A stretch of DNA of 64,000 nucleotides, from NCBI GenBank assembly GCA_964597545.1, contig CAZQXN010000008.1:733-64732 (forward strand). The letters are read 5' to 3'. The stretch is from an uncultured Planctomycetia bacterium (lineage in GTDB: Bacteria > Omnitrophota > Gorgyraeia > 1-14-0-20-64-10). The notes below the pieces were generated by a model. That model did not search any database. It was not told where the DNA came from and worked only from the letters and a program-made list of their open reading frames with translations. Each line of letters starts with the position of its first letter. The stretch's first letter is position 1. A program made the translations under genes and the position numbers. Below are positions 28,910 through 40,175 of the stretch, one piece after another.

Positions 28910-30957
28910 CCGGATTCAAGCTGGTCAGCGACATGGTCCCCAAGGGGGACCAGCCCAAAGCCATCGAAGCCCTGACAGCCGGTATCCGGCAGGGGAAGCG
29001 ATTCCAGACCCTCTTGGGGGCAACCGGCACCGGCAAGACTTTCACGGCAGCGCGGGTCATTGCTGCGATCAACAAACCCACCCTGGTGATCTCCCACAAC
29101 AAAACGCTGGCGGCCCAGCTCTACAGCGAGCTTAAAAGCTTCTTTCCAGAGAATGCCGTCGAGTACTTTGTCAGCTACTACGACTATTACCAGCCCGAGG
29201 CTTACATCCCTCAGACCGACACCTACATCGAGAAGGATGCCTCCATCAACGATCGGCTGGACCGTCTACGCTTGGCTGCCACGACATCGCTTCACTCCCG
29301 CAAGGATGTCGTGATTGTGGCCTCGGTCTCGTGCATCTACAACCTGGGGGATCCTGCGGAGTATAGGGACCTCCTCCTCTTTTTTGAGAGCGGCCAGGAG
29401 ATTCCTCGCGGCGAGCTGCTTCGGCGCTTGGTGGCCCTGCTCTATGAGCGCAACGACATTGATTTTACCCGGGGCCGCTTCAGGGTTCGAGGGGAGACGA
29501 TCGAAATCTTTCCTGCCTACGAAGAGAAGCCGATGCGCCTGGAGATGTTCGGGGATAAGATTGAGCGCATCTCGATTGTCCATCCGGCAACCGGCGAGGT
29601 GCTGCAGCGTTTGGATCGTTTTGCCCTGTATCCGGCAAAGCATTTCATTACCACGGCCGAGTGCATTGAGCGTGCGGGCAGCACCATTGAGGGGGAGCTG
29701 GCCGAGTGCCTTAAAGCGCTCAAGGCCAAAGGCAAACTCCTCGAGGCGCAGCGGTTGGAGCAGAGAACCCATTATGATTTGGAGATGATGCGGGAGGTCG
29801 GCTACTGCCATGGAATTGAGAATTATTCCCGCGCCCTCTCCGGCCGGCCCCCGGGGTCTCGTCCCTGGTGCCTGCTGGATTATTTTCCGGATGATTTTTT
29901 GACCCTCATCGACGAATCCCATGTCACCCTTCCGCAGCTGAAGGGCATGTTCGAGGGGGATCGGGCCCGGAAGCGGGTCTTGGTGGATTTTGGGTTTAGG
30001 CTTCCTTCCTGCCTGGACAACCGGCCGCTGACCTTTCAGGAGTTTGAGAAGATCACCCAGCAGACCCTCTTTGTCTCGGCAACGCCCGGACCGTATGAAT
30101 TGAGGGCCACCGGCGGCGCCGTGGTTGAGCAGGTGATTCGCCCCACCGGACTTGTGGACCCTGAGATCGAAGTGCGGCCCATCGCAGGGCAGGTGGATGA
30201 TCTGATTCATGAGGTGAAGCAGCGCGCCCAGCGCGGGGAGCGGGCGTTGGTGACGACGTTGACCAAGCGGATGGCAGAGGATTTGTCCAGCTACCTCAAG
30301 GAGACAGGTTTGCGCGTGACCTACATCCACTCTGATCTGGATGCCTTTGAGCGGGTGGAGGTATTGCGCAATTTGCGTTTGGGCACCTTTGATTGCGTGG
30401 TGGGGATCAACCTCCTTCGAGAGGGGCTTGATCTGCCTGAGGTCTCCCTGGTGCTGGTGTTGGATGCCGACAAGGAGGGGTTCTTAAGATCTGCCACCAC
30501 CCTGATCCAGGTTTCAGGGCGGGCGGCCCGGCACCTTCACAGCAGGGTGATCTTGTACGCCGATACCATCACCAACTCCATGCGGCAGGCGATGCAGGAG
30601 ACTGACCGGCGCAGAGCGGTTCAGCTGGCCTACAACCAAGAACACAAGATTACTCCCCGTTCTGTTGAGAAGGCCATCCGAGAGGGAATCGAGGCGGTTT
30701 CCCAGGAGGAGGCCGAAGAGCAGGTGCGTTCTGCCGCGGGCCTGGATCCGGATCAGTTTGATTTGGAGCAGGTGGTTGCAGAGCTGGAAGAGGAGATGGA
30801 GCTGGCTGCTCGGAATCTTCAGTTTGAACGGGCCGCAGCGCTGCGGGATCAGATGACAGCGCTCAAGGACAAAGGGGTGGCAGCGTTGGCCGATGCCAAA
30901 CCCAAACCCGAGCGGCGGCGCAAGGGCAAACGATGGAAGCCCCCCCGGCATGGATGA
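28906..30957 (+). CDS. uvrB: Excinuclease ABC subunit B
   Basis: [39 protein letters not shown]-terminal UVR domain. Confidence 0.98.
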   Translation: MTGFKLVSDMVPKGDQPKAIEALTAGIRQGKRFQTLLGATGTGKTFTAARVIAAINKPTLVISHNKTLAAQLYSELKSFFPENAVEYFVSYYDYYQPEAYIPQTDTYIEKDASINDRLDRLRLAATTSLHSRKDVVIVASVSCIYNLGDPAEYRDLLLFFESGQEIPRGELLRRLVALLYERNDIDFTRGRFRVRGETIEIFPAYEEKPMRLEMFGDKIERISIVHPATGEVLQRLDRFALYPAKHFITTAECIERAGSTIEGELAECLKALKAKGKLLEAQRLEQRTHYDLEMMREVGYCHGIENYSRALSGRPPGSRPWCLLDYFPDDFLTLIDESHVTLPQLKGMFEGDRARKRVLVDFGFRLPSCLDNRPLTFQEFEKITQQTLFVSATPGPYELRATGGAVVEQVIRPTGLVDPEIEVRPIAGQVDDLIHEVKQRAQRGERALVTTLTKRMAEDLSSYLKETGLRVTYIHSDLDAFERVEVLRNLRLGTFDCVVGINLLREGLDLPEVSLVLVLDADKEGFLRSATTLIQVSGRAARHLHSRVILYADTITNSMRQAMQETDRRRAVQLAYNQEHKITPRSVEKAIREGIEAVSQEEAEEQVRSAAGLDPDQFDLEQVVAELEEEMELAARNLQFERAAALRDQMTALKDKGVAALADAKPKPERRRKGKRWKPPRHG

Positions 30958-31909
30958 AGCGATCCTTGCCGCACTGCGTGCCAGGCCCGGCGCATTCGTC
31001 TCCGGTGAAGAGCTTTCCCGTTTGGCCGGGGTCAGCCGTACCGCCATCTGGAAGGGGGTCGAGAAGCTCCGCTCGGAGGGGTACAAGATCCTGGCTCAAC
31101 CCCACACCGGATACCAATTGGTAACAGCTCCGGATCGGCTGATTCCTCAGGAGATCCGATGGGGTCTGAGGACGCGGCGCCTGGGCAGGCGGATCCATGC
31201 CTATGCCACCACCGATTCCACGATGGATGTGGCGCATCAGCTGGCCGCTGCCGGAGAACCAGAAGGAACTGTGGTGGTGGCGGAAGGCCAAAGAAAGGGG
31301 CGGGGGCGGATGAGTCGCAACTGGGTTTCTCCTAAGGGCAAAGGGATTTATCTCTCCCTGATTCTGCGCCCTCCGCTGAAATTAACCGAGGTGCCGCAAA
31401 TTACCTTGATGGCAGCGGTGGCTGTGGCCCGCGCCATTCACACGACCATTGGCATCAAACCTCAGATCAAGTGGCCCAACGATATCTTGATGGGGAACAA
31501 AAAGGTAGCCGGCATCTTAACTGAGCTCAATGCCGAGCTCAATCGTCTCAACCACTGTGTGATCGGAATTGGCCTCAATGCCAACGGTTCCGGCGCGCAC
31601 CTGCCGGCTCACGCCACCTCTTTGTCTAAGGTGATGGGGGCCAGGGTAGACCGGGTGGCGTTGGTTCGTACACTGCTGACCCAGCTGGAGAAAAGTTATT
31701 TTGAACTCTTGAGTTCCGGGCTCGCCCCTATCTTGGAAGGGTGGCGCGCTTTTGCCAATTTCTTGGGATCTCACGTAAGGGTAGAGGTGCGGGGTAGAAC
31801 GGTCGATGGACAGGCGGTCGACCTGGATGAAACCGGAGCCCTTTTGGTTCGGACCGATACCGGTTTTGTGGAACCGATCTCCGCCGGGGACGTCCTCGTG
31901 GTGCGATAA
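30950..31909 (+). CDS. birA: Bifunctional biotin--[acetyl-CoA carboxylase] ligase / repressor
   Basis: N-terminal HTH ([15 protein letters not shown]), GRGR, KWPND, KVAGIL. Confidence 0.95.
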   Translation: MDEAILAALRARPGAFVSGEELSRLAGVSRTAIWKGVEKLRSEGYKILAQPHTGYQLVTAPDRLIPQEIRWGLRTRRLGRRIHAYATTDSTMDVAHQLAAAGEPEGTVVVAEGQRKGRGRMSRNWVSPKGKGIYLSLILRPPLKLTEVPQITLMAAVAVARAIHTTIGIKPQIKWPNDILMGNKKVAGILTELNAELNRLNHCVIGIGLNANGSGAHLPAHATSLSKVMGARVDRVALVRTLLTQLEKSYFELLSSGLAPILEGWRAFANFLGSHVRVEVRGRTVDGQAVDLDETGALLVRTDTGFVEPISAGDVLVVR

Positions 31910-31929
31910 CATGGTAAGGTAATAGCTCC

Positions 31930-33033
31930 ATGCGATTACACCGATTCCTAAAAATCATGACAGCAGCGACCCTGCTTTTGACCGCGGCTGCTTCCTCCGG
32001 TGCCCAGGAGGAAAGGCCGGTTTTACTCTTGGAGCTGCGCGGGTTCATTGATCCGGCCGCGGCCCGATATGTTGCGCGAGGACTTGAAGCTGCCCAGGCG
32101 TTGGAGGCCTCTGCGGTCGTCATTGAGCTGGATTCGCCGGGTGGGCTCAAGAGCACCACCCAGAAGGTCATCCAGGAGATCTTAGATTCCTCTGTTCCGG
32201 TGGTGGTCTTCGTTACACCCACCGGCGCTCAGGCCGGTTCCATCAGCACCTTTATCCCTCTGGCGGCCCATGTGGCAGCGATGGCGCCTGGAACCTTCAT
32301 TGGGGCGATGGATTCTTCTCCTCCTGTCCAAAAGCCAGACAGCCTTCATGGGACTGACCTGTGTGCGTCAGAGGTCTTTCGCTCGGTGGCTGAGTCTCGA
32401 GGACGGTATTTCACTTGGGGGCAAACCCTATTGCGCCAGCGACACTTGGCCAGCGCCGAAGAGGCCTGGAGTGACGAGGCCATTGATCTGATTGTCCAGG
32501 ACCCAGAGAGGCTCTTCCGGGAGCTGGAGGGCAAAGAGGTCAAAACGGTTCTTGGCAATGTTCCGCTCTTTTTTCGGGGTCGTCCGAGATTCACGTTTGC
32601 TTGGTCGCGCTTAGAGCGCGTTCTCCACCGGCTGTCCCATCCGGTTCTGGCCTACCTCTTACTGTTGGCGGGCATCTGTTTGTTGAATATAGAACTGAGT
32701 GCTCCCAGAACCCTTTGGATCGGCTTCATGGGTGTGGTAATCTTGCTCCTTGCCTTGAGTATCCTGATGGCTTTAGGGGCCCACTGGGTTGGGCTTTTTC
32801 TGATCCTGCTCGCAAACCTCTTCCTCATTGCTGACCAGAAACTCCCGACTTTGAAGCTTTTGACCGCAGCAGGGTTGGCGGCCTTTGCATTCGGCTCCCT
32901 GAAGCTGTTTCCGGCGGGGCGTGCCATCGGATTTTCCCTTTCCGTCGAACTGGTAGTCGCAGCAACGGTAGGGGTGGCGGTCTTTTTCCTTCTGTTTGTG
33001 CAGGGCCGCATCAACCGGAAGGCCTCCTCATGA
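31930..33033 (+). CDS. NfeD-family membrane-bound ClpP-class protease, C-terminally short
   Basis: Signal peptide, IELDSPGG, VPVVVFVTP.GAQAGS, AAMAPGT.IGA, then 4-5 TM helices. Confidence 0.8.
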   Translation: MRLHRFLKIMTAATLLLTAAASSGAQEERPVLLLELRGFIDPAAARYVARGLEAAQALEASAVVIELDSPGGLKSTTQKVIQEILDSSVPVVVFVTPTGAQAGSISTFIPLAAHVAAMAPGTFIGAMDSSPPVQKPDSLHGTDLCASEVFRSVAESRGRYFTWGQTLLRQRHLASAEEAWSDEAIDLIVQDPERLFRELEGKEVKTVLGNVPLFFRGRPRFTFAWSRLERVLHRLSHPVLAYLLLLAGICLLNIELSAPRTLWIGFMGVVILLLALSILMALGAHWVGLFLILLANLFLIADQKLPTLKLLTAAGLAAFAFGSLKLFPAGRAIGFSLSVELVVAATVGVAVFFLLFVQGRINRKASS

Positions 33034-33506
33034 ACATCCTCAAGATCTGCACCGTCGTCTCCCTGGCGGTTTGGGTGGGGGGGTTCATCTTCTTCTCCGG
33101 GGTGATGGCCCCAGTTCTCTTGCGCCGCTTGGGCCAGGAAGAGGCCGAACGGATTCTGGATATTCTTTCTGCTGGGGTGGACCGTTGGACCTTGGTGTGG
33201 TCCACAGTAGCCGCGGGGATGATAGGGCTTCACTTCATGGACAGGCATTTCGCACTGCGCTCACTGGTGCTGGAGCTGCCTATCTTAGGGATGCTGCTGC
33301 TGACGTGGTACCGCGGTTGGATCCTCCATCCGCAGTTGCGGGATCTCAAGCGTCGGTTAAAACTGCCTCAGTTTCAGGGGACTGCGCATTTAGAAACGGT
33401 CCGGTTTTCTTGTAAACGGCTTGAACGCCGGTCCAAGCAGTCGACCACCGCCATTGTCTTCTTAGGCCTCTTTTCTCTGGGGCTGATTCCAGGTTTTCTC
33501 ACATGA
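33030..33506 (+). CDS. DUF4149/TMEM205-like membrane protein
   Basis: WVGGFIFFSGVMAP motif and four TM segments. Confidence 0.65.
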   Translation: MNILKICTVVSLAVWVGGFIFFSGVMAPVLLRRLGQEEAERILDILSAGVDRWTLVWSTVAAGMIGLHFMDRHFALRSLVLELPILGMLLLTWYRGWILHPQLRDLKRRLKLPQFQGTAHLETVRFSCKRLERRSKQSTTAIVFLGLFSLGLIPGFLT

Positions 33507-34291
33507 GAGACCCTAAAGCTCACCTGCTCTTGGCCCTTGATGTTGGCAACACCAACACCACCTTAGGGCTTTTTCGTGGCAAGCGTTTGATTGCGCACGG
33601 GAAGATGGCGACCGCCGAAATCTCCATGCGCAGACAACTCAAACGAGAGGTTCAGCGATTGCAGCGCTCCTGCCGCGGCCCCATTACAGCGGTAATCTTC
33701 TCAAGCGTGGTGCCCAAAGCAACGGCTCCGCTGAAGCGCTCCTTAAAGGCCCTTCTGCGCCTACGCCCCTGGGTGCTGGGCGAGAATGTATCGGCCCCGG
33801 TCCTCAATCGGTACCGGATTCCTTCTCAGGTAGGGCAGGATCGTCTTTGCAATGCAGCGGCTGCTTTTGAGCGGCATGGGGGGCCGGTGATTGTGGTTGA
33901 TTTTGGAACTGCGGTGACCATCGATCTGGTATCGGCGCGCCGTGAGTATCTAGGAGGTGTTATTGTCCCTGGCATGGAGATGGCTTTGGCGGCTTTAACG
34001 GACAAAGCAGCCCTTCTTCCACGCATTAAGCTTAAGCCCCCCCGGCGTCTTTTAGGGCGGGATACGGTAAGCTCAATCCAATCTGGTATCTTCTTTGGTT
34101 ACAGTGGGTTATGTGACGGGATCATTCAACGGCTTAAAGGTGGGGTTGCCAAATCAGCCAAGGTGATAGGAACCGGCGGCAATGCCGCCCTCATTGCCCC
34201 CTATTGCACTTCTGTTCATATCGTGAACCAGCACCTAACCCTTCAGGGGCTGGAACTTACTTACCGCCAGCTTACCCTAAAAAAGAGTTGA
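33503..34291 (+). CDS. coaX: Type III pantothenate kinase
   Basis: LDVGNTN, SSVVP, GQDR, VVDFGTAVT, GGVIVPG, TGG. Confidence 0.95.
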   Translation: MRDPKAHLLLALDVGNTNTTLGLFRGKRLIAHGKMATAEISMRRQLKREVQRLQRSCRGPITAVIFSSVVPKATAPLKRSLKALLRLRPWVLGENVSAPVLNRYRIPSQVGQDRLCNAAAAFERHGGPVIVVDFGTAVTIDLVSARREYLGGVIVPGMEMALAALTDKAALLPRIKLKPPRRLLGRDTVSSIQSGIFFGYSGLCDGIIQRLKGGVAKSAKVIGTGGNAALIAPYCTSVHIVNQHLTLQGLELTYRQLTLKKS

Positions 34292-34315
34292 CATTCCCCA
34301 GAAATCCTGTATCAT
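34288..34315 (+). promoter_or_regulatory. sigma70-type promoter of the groE operon
   Basis: TTGACA-16 bp-TATCAT immediately upstream of CIRCE. Confidence 0.7.
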
Positions 34316-34325
34316 AGCCCTGTTT

Positions 34326-34352
34326 TTAGCACTCTGAGGGAACGGCTGCTAA
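34326..34352 (+). promoter_or_regulatory. CIRCE element (HrcA operator)
   Basis: TTAGCACTC-N9-GGCTGCTAA versus consensus TTAGCACTC-N9-GAGTGCTAA, upstream of groES. Confidence 0.9.
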
Positions 34353-34471
34353 TTTTCCGCATTTTTGGTTCGCCTCGAGTCATATTCCGCTGAAGTGACA
34401 GCATCTCTGCTGATTTGCCCGGCGGACAGCTTTTCGCACACATCTGTTCTATTGCACAACAGGAGGGTTCA

Positions 34472-34762
34472 ATGGCCATTCAGCCGCTGGGTGATCGGAT
34501 TCTGATTCAACTATTAGAGGAAGAGGAGAAATCCCCGGGTGGGATTATCCTCCCGGATACCGCCAAGGAAAAGCCCCAAGAGGGCAAGGTGGTTGCGGTG
34601 GGCAAGGGCAAGCTGTTGGAAGACGGCACCCTCAGGCCCTTGGAGGTCAAGGTAGGAGATACGATCCTCTTTGCCAAGTATTCCGGCACAGAGGTCGCCC
34701 ACCAGGACGAGGACTTTATGATTCTTCGTGAAGAGGAGATCTTGGCGGTTCGCAACAAGTAA
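34472..34762 (+). CDS. groES: Co-chaperonin GroES (copy 1)
   Basis: [34 protein letters not shown]; AGGAGG RBS. Confidence 0.97.
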   Translation: MAIQPLGDRILIQLLEEEEKSPGGIILPDTAKEKPQEGKVVAVGKGKLLEDGTLRPLEVKVGDTILFAKYSGTEVAHQDEDFMILREEEILAVRNK

Positions 34763-34780
34763 GCCAAGACAAACGCTTAA

Positions 34781-36439
<1,659 letters not shown>

Positions 36440-36453
36440 TCTGGAGGTGAGAG

Positions 36454-36741
36454 ATGAAGCTAAAGCCTCTGGGTGACAAGATCATCGTCGAACTCCTCGA
36501 AGAGCAGGAGAAAACCAAGGGAGGGATCATCCTTCCGGACAGCGCCAAAGAGAAACCTCAAGAGGCGAAGGTCCGGGCGGTAGGCTCCGGCAAAACCCTG
36601 GCCAACGGTAAGGTGGTAGCGCCCGAGGTCAAGTCCGGGGATACGATCCTCTTTGCTAAGTATTCCGGCAGCGAGGTCAAGGTCGGCGATAAGGAGTATC
36701 TGATCTTCGGTCAGGATGACATTCTGGCCGTGATCAAGTGA
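36454..36741 (+). CDS. groES: Co-chaperonin GroES (copy 2)
   Basis: LKPLGDKI, GGIILPDSAKEKPQ, FAKYSGSE; GGAGG RBS. Confidence 0.97.
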   Translation: MKLKPLGDKIIVELLEEQEKTKGGIILPDSAKEKPQEAKVRAVGSGKTLANGKVVAPEVKSGDTILFAKYSGSEVKVGDKEYLIFGQDDILAVIK

Positions 36742-36998
36742 CATCACCCCTCGCGGGGTGAGCACCGCGCTTCCGTACGACGGCATTGCACCTGGCCTCT
36801 GGGGTATTGACGCCTCAGAGGCCTGTGTGCTACAACATAGTATGGAATTTAGGACTCCCCGAAATACCCCACATCTGGCAATATCCTTCGTATGTCCTCT
36901 GGGATCTCGCATGCCCTCTTTTCCTGTGCACACACACTCTACACCACTGGTATCGGGCGCCCTCCGGGTGCCGGATGCCGTATCCTCTAGGAGACAAG

Positions 36999-38159
36999 AT
37001 GGGAGAGTTCATCGGTCGCGGGCGTAAAGCACGCCGTTGTTACGGATTTGATGAAATTGCTTTAGTACCGGGCGCAGTAACGGTTAATCCCAACGACGTA
37101 GATCCCTCCTGGAAGCTTAACGGCCAGCGCTACCGGGTCCCCATCTTGGCCAGCGCCATGGATGGGGTGGCCGATGTGAAGTTCGCCATTGCATTCGGCA
37201 AGCTGGGGGGGTTGGCGGTGCTGAACCTCGAAGGGATCCAAACCCGCTACGAGAATCCGGAAGAGATCTTAGCCAAGATTGTTCGAGCCAAGGGGGACGC
37301 GTCCACCAAGCTGTTGCAGTCGGCCTACAAAGAACCGGTTAAGAGGAAACTGATCGCAAAGCGGATTGGCGAGATCAAAAAGGGCAAGGCCCCCGCGGCA
37401 GTTTCTGCCATTCCACAGCAGGCCGGCGCCTTCGGACCGGTGGCGCAGGAGGCGGGTGCCGATGTCTTCGTGGTGCAGTCCACCGTTTCTACGGTGCGGC
37501 ACATCTCCTCCCAGTATCAGTCCCTGGACTTGAAGAAGTTTTGCAAGGGGATGAAAATTCCGGTCATTGTCGGCAACTGTGTCACTTACAACGTGGCCCT
37601 CGCCTTGATGGAATGCGGCCCTGCCGGTGTCTTGGTGGGGATCGGCCCGGGGGCGGCTTGCACGACCCGCGGGGTGCTGGGGATCGGCATCCCCCAGGTC
37701 ACTGCCACGGTGGACTGCGCGGCAGCCCGGGATTTCTATCACAAGAAGACCGGCCGCTATGTCCCGATCATTACCGACGGCGGCATGCGGACCGGCGGAG
37801 ATGTCTGCAAGGCCTTGGCCGCAGGCTCTGATGCGGTGATGTTGGGCTCTCCCTTTGCCAAGGCCAAGGAGGCTCCGGGCAAGGGATACCACTGGGGCAT
37901 GGCCACCCCGCACGCCAATCTGCCGCGAGGCACCCGGATTCACGTTGGCGTGGCCGGCACGATTGAAGAGATCCTCTTTGGTCCGGCCCAGATAGACGAC
38001 GGCACGCAAAATCTGATGGGGGCGATTACCACCTCCATGGGCTCTGTGGGGGCGAGAAACCTGAAGGAGTTTCAGCTCACCGAGATTATCATTGCCCCCT
38101 CCATTCAAACCGAAGGCAAACTCGCTCAGCGCACGCAGCGCGTAGGCATGGGCAAGTGA
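36999..38159 (+). CDS. GuaB3-type IMP dehydrogenase-related protein (no CBS domains)
   Basis: YGFDEIALVPG, ASAMDGV, GIGPGAACTTR, DGG, WGMATP; AGGAG before ATG 36999; next to guaA. Confidence 0.9.
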   Translation: MGEFIGRGRKARRCYGFDEIALVPGAVTVNPNDVDPSWKLNGQRYRVPILASAMDGVADVKFAIAFGKLGGLAVLNLEGIQTRYENPEEILAKIVRAKGDASTKLLQSAYKEPVKRKLIAKRIGEIKKGKAPAAVSAIPQQAGAFGPVAQEAGADVFVVQSTVSTVRHISSQYQSLDLKKFCKGMKIPVIVGNCVTYNVALALMECGPAGVLVGIGPGAACTTRGVLGIGIPQVTATVDCAAARDFYHKKTGRYVPIITDGGMRTGGDVCKALAAGSDAVMLGSPFAKAKEAPGKGYHWGMATPHANLPRGTRIHVGVAGTIEEILFGPAQIDDGTQNLMGAITTSMGSVGARNLKEFQLTEIIIAPSIQTEGKLAQRTQRVGMGK

Positions 38160-38168
38160 CGGCGAAGC

Positions 38169-38219
38169 CGTCATCCTCGTGACAACGAGGATCAGATCCC
38201 CGCTTTCGCGGGGATGACA
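38169..38219. repeat. GTCATCC-type (CGTC-tagged REP-like) inverted doublet
   Basis: CGTCATCCTCGTGACAACGAGGATC-A-GATCCCCGCTTTCGCGGGGATGACA. Confidence 0.85.
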
Positions 38220-38230
38220 TAAGGGTATCC

Positions 38231-39778
38231 ATGACGGAAGCACCGGAAAAAGTACTGATTCTTGATTTCGGTTCGCAGTACGCGCAGTTGATTGCCCGCC
38301 GCGTGCGGGAATTGAATGTTTTCTCCAAGATTGTTTCCCACGATATCTCTCCGGAAGCCATTTCCCAGGAGAAGCCTAAGGGGATCATTCTTTCCGGAGG
38401 GCCGGCTTCGGTTTGGGCGAAGGGCGCACCGATGCCTCACCCGGACATCTTCAAATCCGCCATCCCGACCTTGGGGATTTGCTATGGGATGCAGCTGATG
38501 GGCAAGCTCCTAGGCGGCGAGGTGTCCAAGGCGGCCAACCGGGAATTTGGAAAGGCTGATTTGGCGGTGGATGTTGAGGCCGGTCTTTTTAACCAGCTGC
38601 CCAAGAGCTTGGTCTCCTGGATGAGTCACGGCGATTTTGTGATGACCCCTCCGGCCAGTTTTTCGGCCATTGCCCATACCGACAACACCCCGATTGCGGC
38701 GATGGCCAACCTTGACACCCATCAGTATGGTGTGCAGTTCCATCCCGAGGTCACACATACCCCGAACGGCAAAGCGATCCTGAAGAACTTCCTCTACAAG
38801 GTGTGCAGCTGCCAGGGCACCTGGTCCAATGAGCGGTTTGTCGAGTCTTCCCTCCAGGAGCTGCGCCAGCAAATAGGTTGCGCCCAGGTGGTGCTGGGTC
38901 TTTCCGGCGGGGTGGACTCCTCTGTTGCGGCCGTGCTCCTGCACCGGGCAATTGGGGATCGGCTCATCCCCATCTTCATTGACACCGGACTCTTGCGCAA
39001 GAATGAGAAGTTCCAAGTGGTTGAAATGTTCAAGGGAGAGCTTAAGCTCCCGCTTAAAGTGGTGAATGCCGAGAGTCGTTTCTTGGAGGCCCTTTCCGGT
39101 GTTACGGATCCAGAGGTCAAGCGCAAGCGAATCGGCCACCTCTTTATCGAATGCTTTGAGGCCGAGGCCCGAAAATACCCCAATGTCCAGTTTTTGGGAC
39201 AGGGAACTTTGTACCCGGATGTGATTGAGTCCAGCGCTCCCAACGGCGGTCCGTCGGCCACCATCAAGACCCATCACAACGTCGGTGGATTGCCCGAGCG
39301 CATGAGCTTGAAGCTTGTTGAACCGCTCCGGCTCCTCTTTAAAGACGAGGTTCGAGCTGTCGGCAGGGTGCTGGAGATCCCAGGGATCATCTTGGGCCGA
39401 CACCCCTTCCCAGGACCGGGTTTGGCAGTTCGGATCTTGGGGGAGGTGACCCGGGAGCGGTTGGATCTCTTACGGGAAGCCGATCGACGTTTCATTGAAG
39501 AGCTTCAATCGCAGGGGTGGTACGATAAGGTTTGGCAGGCCTTTGCGGTGCTGCTGCCCCTGAAAACCGTCGGGGTCATGGGGGATGAGCGGACCTATGA
39601 GAACATTGTGGTCCTGCGGGCAGTGGCAAGCGCTGACGGCATGACCGCTGATTGGTCCCGCCTGCCTGAGGCTTTACTGGAAAAGGTGTCCAACCGGATC
39701 GTCAACGAAGTGCTGGGGGTCAACCGCGTGGTTTATGATGTCACCTCCAAGCCCCCCGGGACGATCGAATGGGAATAA
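38231..39778 (+). CDS. guaA: GMP synthase (glutamine-hydrolysing)
   Basis: DFGSQY, GICYGMQ, QFHPEV, SGGVDS, IKTHHNVGG, KPPGTIEWE. Confidence 0.98.
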   Translation: MTEAPEKVLILDFGSQYAQLIARRVRELNVFSKIVSHDISPEAISQEKPKGIILSGGPASVWAKGAPMPHPDIFKSAIPTLGICYGMQLMGKLLGGEVSKAANREFGKADLAVDVEAGLFNQLPKSLVSWMSHGDFVMTPPASFSAIAHTDNTPIAAMANLDTHQYGVQFHPEVTHTPNGKAILKNFLYKVCSCQGTWSNERFVESSLQELRQQIGCAQVVLGLSGGVDSSVAAVLLHRAIGDRLIPIFIDTGLLRKNEKFQVVEMFKGELKLPLKVVNAESRFLEALSGVTDPEVKRKRIGHLFIECFEAEARKYPNVQFLGQGTLYPDVIESSAPNGGPSATIKTHHNVGGLPERMSLKLVEPLRLLFKDEVRAVGRVLEIPGIILGRHPFPGPGLAVRILGEVTRERLDLLREADRRFIEELQSQGWYDKVWQAFAVLLPLKTVGVMGDERTYENIVVLRAVASADGMTADWSRLPEALLEKVSNRIVNEVLGVNRVVYDVTSKPPGTIEWE

Positions 39779-39812
39779 AGGGTCTGTACGAAAGGGTCTG
39801 ACCCCTACGTAC
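39777..39812. repeat. GGGTC(A/T)GACCC-core palindromic repeat
   Basis: AAAGGGTCTGTACGAAAGGGTCTGACCCCTACGTAC directly after the guaA stop. Confidence 0.75.
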
Positions 39813-39831
39813 ATTGGAGAGGAGGGAAGAG

Positions 39832-40086
39832 ATGCACAGCTTGGCGTGGCTTTTGATTACCATTGCAGTAGGTTACTGGGTCTTGATTGTTGCCTCCAAG
39901 GAGAAGGGGGGCTTAAAGAAGCTGGGCAAGGTGCTGGGGATTGTGATCATTGTCTTAAGCTTTCTGGGTGTGGGCTGCAAGCTGTACTACAAGTGCAGCG
40001 GCACGGGATACTTCGGCAAGGGGATGGGTTTCAAGTGCCCCATCAGCCAAAGGGCCGCAGCAACCCCTTCAGTTCCAACTCGATAG
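39832..40086 (+). CDS. Small membrane protein (two TM segments, Cys-containing tail)
   Basis: GGAGG RBS; GYWVL..A.KE.G.LKKLG pattern between two TM helices. Confidence 0.65.
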   Translation: MHSLAWLLITIAVGYWVLIVASKEKGGLKKLGKVLGIVIIVLSFLGVGCKLYYKCSGTGYFGKGMGFKCPISQRAAATPSVPTR

Positions 40087-40175
40087 TACCGTTTCACACT
40101 CAGCCAACGCTGCAGCGCAGGCGGGCATAGACCCGCCTGCGGAGGCGGCATTTAACTTCAGGTCCAACCATCACC

